Virus record (IMG/VR): IMGVR_UViG_3300012930_000001
Span: 1 to 64,000 of that record
Length of the DNA stretch: 64,000 nt
Source: a virus
Direction: 5' to 3' (one strand)
The notes under the pieces are model-generated. The model searched no databases, had not been told where the DNA came from, and saw only the letters and a list, made by a program, of their open reading frames with translations. Within the stretch, counting starts at the first letter, position 1; every line of letters starts with the position of its first letter. The position numbers and the translations under genes were made by a program. Of this stretch, positions 57,291-64,000 are shown piece by piece.

Positions 57291-58223
57291 TTAGTTTCCC
57301 ACGTCGGCCATCACTTCACCCATCATCAACGTGACGGTGGTCTTTTTCAAAGAAAGCGGTATCCGGGCCTTGTGTTCCGGAATACGAACATCTACCGGCT
57401 GGCCGTCCAGACTGGCACCCTCTACGCTTTCAATCAGCGAATCGAAAAGGGCCTCGGTAGCCTTGAGATTAAACGTGCGTTCCTCGCGAGTACCGCCGCC
57501 GTTCAGTCCATAACTGAAACCGTTGAAGCATTTTGTTTCCCACTGGGAAAGGTGCTTTGCCTGGGGTTCCCGGAAAACATACAGCACGCGGGCTGTAGGT
57601 TCACTCATCGTGCCATCGTCTTGCTGTTCGCTGCCTACATCGTGCTTAACGGTAATCATCCGCTGGGCTCGAATCATAAGCATGGCCTTGGGCTCTTCGC
57701 CCTCGACAGCATTTTCTTTGTCGACCGCGTCCGGCTTATCCACAGCAATCTTTCCGCCGTAAATTCGGGCCGCCGCCGCGCGTTTATGTTTCGTTGGTAC
57801 GAGGTCGCCAACTGTCACATTGACTTGCTTTCCTTTTTCGTCGGTCCGCTCGTCAATCACTTTGTTTGCCTGAATCGGTTCGGCCGGGTTGTCGCCCTCG
57901 GACAAAACAAAACCAGTAATTTCTTCTATCAGGTCTTCGTAATAACCGATTTCCGCCTTGGAATAATCGGTAGTGGATTGTTTGGGGTTCTGTCCGTTGA
58001 TGCGGGCCGGGCTGGTGATGATAACGGATTTCATCCGGTCCTCGCGCTTTTGCTCATCCTCGCGGGTGGGCAAACGGAAAGAGTGAATTGTACCGTCCTT
58101 GAGTGTAACGACGGGCGGACGGTCAAACGGGAAAAGGCCGTTGTTAGTAACAGCCAGTGAAGTGTCGGCTGCGGCTGGGGCTTCCGCCGTTGCAGCAGCA
58201 GATTCATTCCGGGTATTCGACAT
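57291..58223 (-). CDS. Tail-module protein (310 aa)
   Basis: Track ORF with a late-type leader. Confidence 0.6.
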   Translation of the reverse strand: MSNTRNESAAATAEAPAAADTSLAVTNNGLFPFDRPPVVTLKDGTIHSFRLPTREDEQKREDRMKSVIITSPARINGQNPKQSTTDYSKAEIGYYEDLIEEITGFVLSEGDNPAEPIQANKVIDERTDEKGKQVNVTVGDLVPTKHKRAAAARIYGGKIAVDKPDAVDKENAVEGEEPKAMLMIRAQRMITVKHDVGSEQQDDGTMSEPTARVLYVFREPQAKHLSQWETKCFNGFSYGLNGGGTREERTFNLKATEALFDSLIESVEGASLDGQPVDVRIPEHKARIPLSLKKTTVTLMMGEVMADVGN

Positions 58224-58265
58224 AGTTTCGCTATTGCTCCTTTTTGAATTTGGGCGGGTCGGGAT

Positions 58266-58619
58266 TTAATCCGTATCGCCGTCTGTAGTTTTTTCCGCCG
58301 TGGCGGAAACTGCTGGTGCCGGTATGGGTATATTTTCAACCAGTTTTCTGGGCAGTATACCAGGCTCTGTTGTTTCGCCGTCGAGTTGTGGCGGGATAGG
58401 CGCCTCGACGTATTCATGGGCTGCCATATATTCCCTTTCGGACTTCGGCATATACTCCGCTGCGGGTGCCTCGCCCGTCATAATTTTGCGGTCCATTTGT
58501 CCACGCTCAATGATACCGTCATGCTTGGCAGTTCCATCCGGCTGAAAATCATTCGCCTGAATCTCCGAACCGATCGCCGGATCTCGCTCAACTTTTTCAA
58601 CTGGTTTTTCTTCGGTCAT
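58266..58619 (-). CDS. Acidic hypothetical protein (117 aa)
   Basis: ATG 58619 is preceded by AAAGGAGCAAAACC. Confidence 0.55.
   Translation of the reverse strand: MTEEKPVEKVERDPAIGSEIQANDFQPDGTAKHDGIIERGQMDRKIMTGEAPAAEYMPKSEREYMAAHEYVEAPIPPQLDGETTEPGILPRKLVENIPIPAPAVSATAEKTTDGDTD
58293..58308. repeat. Palindrome TTCCGCCGTGGCGGAA (encodes S-A-T-A-E)
   Basis: Read directly. Confidence 0.9.
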
Positions 58620-58643
58620 GGTTTTGCTCCTTTTGCGAATAAA

Positions 58644-58676
58644 CCACGTTGCCCGGCTGATTGCAAGACAACGTGG
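58644..58676 (-). terminator. Intra-operon hairpin after the 366-aa gene (attenuator/terminator candidate)
   Basis: Minus strand: CCACGTTG-17 nt-CAACGTGG followed by TTTATT. Confidence 0.4.
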
Positions 58677-58695
58677 AAAAATAAAACGTCCGTGC

Positions 58696-59796
58696 TTACT
58701 GTGCAATAACAGCCGACCCGTTAACAACCTCGAATTTGTACACACCCCAGTAGGTCGGGTTAATGACAGGGAATACGGTGATGTCCTGAATCAGCGTGTT
58801 GTTATCATCGCCACCCCGAGGTGTGCGAAAATATGACTTTGCGATTTTCACTGTCACCATATACTGGTTGTTCGCCGCGGTGGTCGGGATGCAATACCCG
58901 CGCATATCCCACGTGAAATTTGTTATCAGTTCATCTTTCTGAGCAGAGAACCACTCGAACATATTGTCATCCGTGGTAACGCGGAATTCGACGGTCGCCG
59001 TCTTGTCGCCCATCAGCAAAAAGTCCCTATACCATCCCGACCCAGGACACGCTGTGCCGTTCACGCGCGAGGCCCCGGCCCGTAGATCATTGGTGTCAAG
59101 ATTGTTGTTTGCCGTAAAGCTAATAGACTTCATGCGCCGGTTGGCCGTGATAGTGCGGGTGGCACTTGGGTCAGTGTAAAGTACGCGGGACTCCGGGCCG
59201 AGCATCCAGTTTTCGGAGGCCGGGTCGGTAAGCGTTCCAAATGCGGGCGATATATCCCGGATACGCTGGTATAAACCCGAGCCGACTTCCTGAATTGTAT
59301 ACATCGGGTCTGCTACGCCGGTTTGTTGAAGCTGCAAGCTGCTGCCACACATGCCGCCGTACACAAAATCGGAACCGTTATTTCGATATACGATATCGCT
59401 GGCAGGCAGTTGCCGGGTGAGTACGTCCGGGTCTTGCTCATAGTAGTGATGGCGTTTCGCGATGGTAGTTTCCACCACCTGGATATCGCCAACCAATTCC
59501 GGCTTGCCCATGAACCGGGTCAATAGATTCACGAATGAGCCAACATTAACCTTATCCTGAATTTCGATGGCCACCGGCGAAAGAAAACCGCTGGTCTGCA
59601 GGCTTGGGTACATTGACTTGGAACCGCGCCCTATCACGCCCATGTCATCGCCTTTATCATTCGACGGCAACGGGAACGCTCGGGCTCGGGTAACGATAGA
59701 AGTATAATTCGCAGCCAGCACAAACATTGTGTTATAGACCGTTTCCGGCAACGTGCTGAATGCTATGGCAGTTTGGCTAAGGGTACTTTCGGCCAT
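58696..59796 (-). CDS. Major tail (tube) protein candidate (366 aa)
   Basis: Positioned after the connector/terminator-type genes. Has a strong leader AAAGGAGCAAAAAGACAATG and is followed by a hairpin. Confidence 0.5.
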   Translation of the reverse strand: MAESTLSQTAIAFSTLPETVYNTMFVLAANYTSIVTRARAFPLPSNDKGDDMGVIGRGSKSMYPSLQTSGFLSPVAIEIQDKVNVGSFVNLLTRFMGKPELVGDIQVVETTIAKRHHYYEQDPDVLTRQLPASDIVYRNNGSDFVYGGMCGSSLQLQQTGVADPMYTIQEVGSGLYQRIRDISPAFGTLTDPASENWMLGPESRVLYTDPSATRTITANRRMKSISFTANNNLDTNDLRAGASRVNGTACPGSGWYRDFLLMGDKTATVEFRVTTDDNMFEWFSAQKDELITNFTWDMRGYCIPTTAANNQYMVTVKIAKSYFRTPRGGDDNNTLIQDITVFPVINPTYWGVYKFEVVNGSAVIAQ

Positions 59797-59871
59797 TGTC
59801 TTTTTGCTCCTTTGGAAAAATTTACCAAGTTGCCCGAACGCGATTCTTGGCTACATGGCATTCAAAAAACT

Positions 59872-60423
59872 TTACGGAATAAATAGCTCTTCTAAAATTC
59901 TCACTCTCATTAAACCCTGCATCACTATCAAATTTTCGCCCTCGCTGAACGGCACCACATCGCCTTGCTGAAAGTCTGGTGGTTCGGCCCGCACTATGAA
60001 TTTGTTTTCCGTCCCGAGGGTCAGGTTTCGGAATATGGCCGCTACAATAAGCCGGGCCTCAGTCTCAGCCATTGTCCAAGCATTTTCAAGGCCCGCGTAA
60101 TCAAAGAAACCCCACACGTCCAGCATTAAATCGTAGTGGAATTTGGCGCCGCCCACATACTCAAAATCTCCGGTATCGCCACGCTCAAGGGCTATCGAAT
60201 TAAACCCCACTATCCATGCATGGACCTTGCCCGCGTCGGGCCCGCTTTCTGCTCGTAGTAAGGTGGTGGTTCGCCCGAGCCCAGTTGATGTATCGAATTC
60301 AAGCACCCACTCGGAATGTATCCGGGCGTTCGGACATACCAGGGCAATTACCGCTGCGACGGCCTCGCGCACATCTTTCCACTCGGTGTGATCGCAATTA
60401 GTGATGTCGACGTAGGCTGGCAT
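59872..60423 (-). CDS. Head-tail joining / tail terminator candidate (183 aa)
   Basis: Call is by position only. Confidence 0.5.
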   Translation of the reverse strand: MPAYVDITNCDHTEWKDVREAVAAVIALVCPNARIHSEWVLEFDTSTGLGRTTTLLRAESGPDAGKVHAWIVGFNSIALERGDTGDFEYVGGAKFHYDLMLDVWGFFDYAGLENAWTMAETEARLIVAAIFRNLTLGTENKFIVRAEPPDFQQGDVVPFSEGENLIVMQGLMRVRILEELFIP

Positions 60424-60459
60424 AAGTCACAGGAACGCGTTGCAGGCCCGTGGGCCGTC

Positions 60460-61014
60460 TTAAATGGTTGGGCCAGGCAATGGGCCGGGTCCTTTGGAAA
60501 ATAGGTCCTGAGCGATTTTCGCTGCATACTGTTTTGCGAGTTCCTTAACCCGCGGCTTGGCTGTCCGTAGGGCCATGCCTTGAATGTCCCGAGGCTTTAT
60601 CCCGCGCCGTTTTATCGCAAGCAAAATCGGGAACCATGCGGCCCGCGGAATGTTCATTGTCCGGAACCAACTGAGCATTTCCGGTAAGGGCTCGAATATC
60701 GGTTTGCCGCTGGCATTAGTACCCGTCACCCGCACCGGCATTTTCTTTCCCGCGGCCCGGCCTATCTGTATCCAGAACCAAGACTTCTTTGCGGTGACGG
60801 CACGGCGCAATAAATTCACACCGGAGTTATCAAACTTTTCCGCCTTGACGGAATGAAGCGTTTGCCCGCTGGCAATGGCCTTCGATTGCACAATGGCAAG
60901 CTTGAGATAATTCGCATAGCTCTCCGCGGATTTATCAGCTAGCTCGTTGGCGTTGCGGTAGAACGCTGGCTTGTCGAACTGTGGGGCCCTGAATTCTGTG
61001 CGAAAACTTAACAT
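60460..61014 (-). CDS. Head-tail joining protein candidate (184 aa)
   Basis: Call is by position only. Confidence 0.5.
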   Translation of the reverse strand: MLSFRTEFRAPQFDKPAFYRNANELADKSAESYANYLKLAIVQSKAIASGQTLHSVKAEKFDNSGVNLLRRAVTAKKSWFWIQIGRAAGKKMPVRVTGTNASGKPIFEPLPEMLSWFRTMNIPRAAWFPILLAIKRRGIKPRDIQGMALRTAKPRVKELAKQYAAKIAQDLFSKGPGPLPGPTI

Positions 61015-61380
61015 CTAAATAATTGCCGACGTATCGTTGAAAGCTGCTGTTAATTCCAAAACCCAACGGACTTCTATCGTGCTGGGTCGTGTCTCGGCAC
61101 TCACCCGGTAACGCATCGAGCCTGCGAGAGCCGGTTGAAATAAATCTACAAAGGCCAGGTCTTTCGCTGTGGCTGCCAGTGCGTCTGGCCGGTCTGCGGT
61201 TAGAATAGTGATATAGGCACCTTGCTGGGTAGCGAATTTCCGCCCGATAAAAAAACGCTTGGTCAGAACCCCTAAAACCGAATACCCGCCGACCGCCTTT
61301 GATAAAAGTGTAAGCGTACTGTCCTTACCGTGCCGCTTGCAACGTAGGGATTCTAAATTTGAAAAGTTCGTATAGCTCAT
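61015..61380 (-). CDS. Head-tail joining protein candidate (121 aa)
   Basis: Call is by position; abuts both neighbours. Confidence 0.5.
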   Translation of the reverse strand: MSYTNFSNLESLRCKRHGKDSTLTLLSKAVGGYSVLGVLTKRFFIGRKFATQQGAYITILTADRPDALAATAKDLAFVDLFQPALAGSMRYRVSAETRPSTIEVRWVLELTAAFNDTSAII

Positions 61381-61803
61381 CTATTGACACGGTGCGTTTC
61401 CTACTGTGAACATCGTCGGTATTTCCAACGTGGTGGCACTTGGATCAAGAGCCTCTAATACGGCAAGCAAAATTTCAGCCTCTTTCTGGCGCTCCGCCGC
61501 AGCCTTTAAAACCTCCCGCGGTTCAAACCACATCATACCGCCCGGAATTTCCTCGCGGGTGACGGAAGGCAGGCTGGGCAGAATCAGCGCCGCCGTCCGT
61601 AAAACCGCGATATTTTTTGCTATTTCAAGGTTGGTGTCAATGATGGCCTCGGATATTGCGGACGTTACGTATCGGCGGCCCTCGCCCTCGAATATCCCTT
61701 GCCCAATGGTTTCATTCGACAAAGAGTCCTCGGTTAAGCGTAGGTCGACGGCGGCCCGTACCGCATCAAATTCTGCCTGTCCAAAATCCGGTAAGCCTGG
61801 CAT
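61381..61803 (-). CDS. Head-tail adaptor candidate (140 aa)
   Basis: Call is by position only. Confidence 0.5.
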   Translation of the reverse strand: MPGLPDFGQAEFDAVRAAVDLRLTEDSLSNETIGQGIFEGEGRRYVTSAISEAIIDTNLEIAKNIAVLRTAALILPSLPSVTREEIPGGMMWFEPREVLKAAAERQKEAEILLAVLEALDPSATTLEIPTMFTVGNAPCQ

Positions 61804-61806
61804 TGA

Positions 61807-62139
61807 TTAAGCCTCCTCGGTCGCCTTGTCGGCAGCAGCGGATGCCTTTTTCAACGCAGTTACTTCGCCGCCATTTGCCTTGCGTAGTACACCACTGGTG
61901 ATTTTCGCAAGCACCGCAGCGGTCGGTGCGACCAGCACCGCTTTCGACCCCGCTATAAACGCTTCGCCGTCCGGGTGCGCATCGTTTTTCTCATGCAATG
62001 CCAGCGGGCTACCGCCGTCTTTTGCGGTAGGTAACGTGCTGACAACGTAGATAAGTTCCTGTTTGGTTTCCTCGGGTACAGTGGACGCCGGGGCACCTTG
62101 AGCGCCCGCGTCTTTGGTTGGTTCCTGTGTCTCTGCCAT
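61807..62139 (-). CDS. Hypothetical head-module protein (110 aa)
   Basis: ATG 62139 has a leader almost identical to that of the capsid gene. Confidence 0.55.
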   Translation of the reverse strand: MAETQEPTKDAGAQGAPASTVPEETKQELIYVVSTLPTAKDGGSPLALHEKNDAHPDGEAFIAGSKAVLVAPTAAVLAKITSGVLRKANGGEVTALKKASAAADKATEEA

Positions 62140-62173
62140 TTTCTTTGCTCCTTTTTCAAAACTTAGAAAGTTG

Positions 62174-62204
62174 CGGGCGCGCATATTTCGTCTACACGCG
62201 CCCG
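62174..62204. terminator. GC-rich hairpin just downstream of the capsid gene
   Basis: CGGGCGCG-15 nt-CGCGCCCG. The T-run (GCTTTTTT) is on the plus-strand side and CAACTTTCT on the minus side, so orientation is ambiguous. Confidence 0.4.
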
Positions 62205-62235
62205 GCTTTTTTCCACGCACTAGATGGCCCGAACG

Positions 62236-63450
62236 TTAGGCAGCGTGGTTTAGAATCTTGACCGCGTTCTGGTCGACAATCGCGTAGCCCTCAACCTCGG
62301 ACAGCACGACCGACTCCACTTGGCGCTCGACCCATCGCTTCACTTCCTGAATCGTGGCCGCCGTTTCAAAGATACGCTCCACGGCAATCCGTTTGTCGAA
62401 TGCTAGCGTGGTGTTCGCCGCTACCGATGCCAGCCAACCGGCACCGACACCATCCGCGAGGCCGCGGTTGATGAGCGATACCTGTTGCTGAGCAAACGCC
62501 CCGCCCAACATCACCAGCGGAATATTCGCGGAACCGGAGTTCAGCAAATACAGCGCCAGCACGATGCTGTCGTTGGCAAGGGCCGTGGTCAACGTATAGG
62601 GATTGAGGAACTTCATTTTGAAAGACAACCACGCTTTCAAGTTGAAGTTTGCGATACCGGACGTGGTGCCCAGTGTCGACTGGTTATAAACGGTTGCCGC
62701 GGTTCCGGCGTTGCCGTCACCATTCGTCAAAACGTCCGCCAGCTTGTCGACCTTTTGGGCCTCGGTGAAAATTGCGATTCGCTGAATATGAAATGCCAAC
62801 TGGTCAATTGGCATGCGTCGAAGCGCCTCATACGAGGTATCGATTCGAACACCATACTTGAGCAAGTCGATGGTCTTCTCACGGCCCTTGATGACAACGG
62901 CCGGGATTTCCGTCGCCTCAGAAACGCGGGCTCGGCCCGTCAGTGCATCGTCCATGTAGAACGGGCGATACGTGGTTCCGTCGATGCCGGTTTGGAACGC
63001 AACCAAGTCCGCGACGGTGATGGCCGCCTGCAACAGCGGATATCGAACGCCGGGGTAACTGAATTGGTTCATGTACGAACCGGTGGGGTAGTCGCTTGAG
63101 AGCGTGATACGTTCCTGACTGGTCATGTGAACAGCCCGGCGCCAAGCTCGGGATACGATTTCGGGAACCAAAGCACGGGCCTTATCATCGGCGGAAATAT
63201 CCTCCAATGTAGACGCCCGTATTCCACCTACCGGATCAGTCTTGGGTACGATAGACGCCGCCCTACATACACGCCCAAACGCGTCTATCGTGGCGTCCGC
63301 GCCAGTATGTTCGTCGGATGGGTCAAGAGATTCGAGATACGCTGAAAGGCTCATACCACGCGAATAGGCCTCTTCGTAGAACTTGGTTCCATCGAAGCCA
63401 TCCCAAATTTGGCGGGCACGCCCTCGTGGCGTTGTTTCTGCTGTTGGCAT
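62236..63450 (-). CDS. Major capsid protein candidate (404 aa)
   Basis: Size, position between the decoration-like and connector genes, the strongest late leader, and a downstream hairpin. Confidence 0.7.
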   Translation of the reverse strand: MPTAETTPRGRARQIWDGFDGTKFYEEAYSRGMSLSAYLESLDPSDEHTGADATIDAFGRVCRAASIVPKTDPVGGIRASTLEDISADDKARALVPEIVSRAWRRAVHMTSQERITLSSDYPTGSYMNQFSYPGVRYPLLQAAITVADLVAFQTGIDGTTYRPFYMDDALTGRARVSEATEIPAVVIKGREKTIDLLKYGVRIDTSYEALRRMPIDQLAFHIQRIAIFTEAQKVDKLADVLTNGDGNAGTAATVYNQSTLGTTSGIANFNLKAWLSFKMKFLNPYTLTTALANDSIVLALYLLNSGSANIPLVMLGGAFAQQQVSLINRGLADGVGAGWLASVAANTTLAFDKRIAVERIFETAATIQEVKRWVERQVESVVLSEVEGYAIVDQNAVKILNHAA

Positions 63451-63505
63451 TTTCTTTGCTCCTTTTTAGAATTTTAGAAACTGCGGATTTTATAGCCCGC
63501 TAAAT

Positions 63506-63904
63506 TTACGACAACTGAACGATGACCGTGTTTGCCACGGCACCCAATGCAACCACCTTTGCGTTCAAGAACGCCTCAGCGGTTCGTGTCTTTACGGTTC
63601 CGGCCGTGGCCCCGCCTACAACATAATCGCCCACGGCAACGGCTGTACCGTCCGTGGGCAGCACAACGTAGCGGCCCTCGTGCACTGAACAGAAATTATC
63701 CGGTTCGACTTTTTTCAAAAGACCGAACACCGCAAGCCCGGCTGTCACCAGGGCCACTTCACGGTCCGTGGCCGTCTTCATAACCGTCTTCTCGACGCTC
63801 GCGCTTCCACCCGCAAGGGTGCGGTCGAACACAATGCCCGACGCGGCCTTGTAGGTGACGTATATTGGATGAAGTTCAAAATACTCACTGGTTGGCTGTG
63901 CCAT
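63506..63904 (-). CDS. Head decoration/cement protein candidate (DUF2190-like)
   Basis: 132 aa immediately upstream of the capsid gene. ...VALVTAGLAVFGLL...GRYVVLPTDGTAVAVGDYVVGGATAGTV resembles DUF2190 (memory). Confidence 0.5.
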   Translation of the reverse strand: MAQPTSEYFELHPIYVTYKAASGIVFDRTLAGGSASVEKTVMKTATDREVALVTAGLAVFGLLKKVEPDNFCSVHEGRYVVLPTDGTAVAVGDYVVGGATAGTVKTRTAEAFLNAKVVALGAVANTVIVQLS

Positions 63905-64000
63905 TTTCTTTTTGCTCCTTTGTTGAAAATTTTCAAGGGCGAGAGCAACTTTCGCGCGAACGCCCTTTGCTTAGAAAACAGAAAAATTAGATGCCCGAGT

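Noticed and set aside
57372-58160. 262-aa ORF on the plus strand
   Set aside because: It is antisense to the late tail-module gene 57291..58223 and interrupts an otherwise uniform minus-strand operon. It has no SD or promoter.
58625-59850. Sigma54-type (-24 GG / -12 GC) reading of the recurrent GGGCAAC(T/G)TGG elements upstream of late genes
   Set aside because: The spacing between the GG and any downstream GC does not match TGGCAC-N5-TTGC. The elements are better explained as 3' arms of hairpins.
62485-63099. 204-aa ORF on the plus strand
   Set aside because: It is antisense to the capsid candidate, and its Arg/Gly-rich composition points to a frame artefact.
1-63999. Integrase, CI/Cro-type repressor, DNA methyltransferase (PCQ/ENV or DPPY/NPPY motifs), DNA polymerase, portal and large terminase
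   Set aside because: I scanned all track translations by eye and recognised none. Their absence cannot be proven without profile searches, and some may lie outside the window.

Overview
The window looks like most of a tailed dsDNA phage genome (siphovirus-like tail module, roughly 50% GC by eye). It is densely packed and I see no integrase, repressor, rRNA or CRISPR. There are three transcription blocks. (1) 15.3 kb down to position 1, minus strand: about 40 small early genes. These include SSB, a GT-A glycosyltransferase, a DUF550-like domain, an ASCH protein, tRNA-Gln(UUG), and a translationally coupled ParB-like / 2OG-Fe(II) (TET/JBP-like) dioxygenase / radical SAM-SPASM operon. The block ends in a partial terminase-small-subunit-like ORF at the left edge. 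(2) 15.6-36.7 kb, plus strand: recombination and replication genes (Rad52-like annealase, DEDD exonuclease, DUF932, replication initiator, DnaB, RusA-like) mixed with orphan enzymes (DIT1/PvcA-like protein, DUF5131, a membrane protein with a secreted-PLA2-like motif, HExxH and SWIM proteins). (3) 64 kb down to 36.7 kb, minus strand: late genes. These are decoration protein, major capsid protein, connector proteins, tail proteins, a 1378-aa tape measure with an SLT domain, a hub protein with a Hint-like C-terminus, a 1944-aa fibre, accessory fibre proteins, a GH19 lysin and holin/spanin-like genes. The best candidate for an undescribed system is the ParB-like/dioxygenase/rSAM-SPASM operon (9209..11850), possibly working with the glycosyltransferase at 5209..5940, as a post-replicative DNA base hypermodification pathway. 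Non-coding signals include a strongly over-represented 16-bp palindrome (TTCCGCC-NN-GGCGGAA), three near-identical sigma70-type promoter/leader modules, and a 330-nt structured non-coding gap. All functional calls rest on motifs read by eye and on remembered family signatures; no searches were run.
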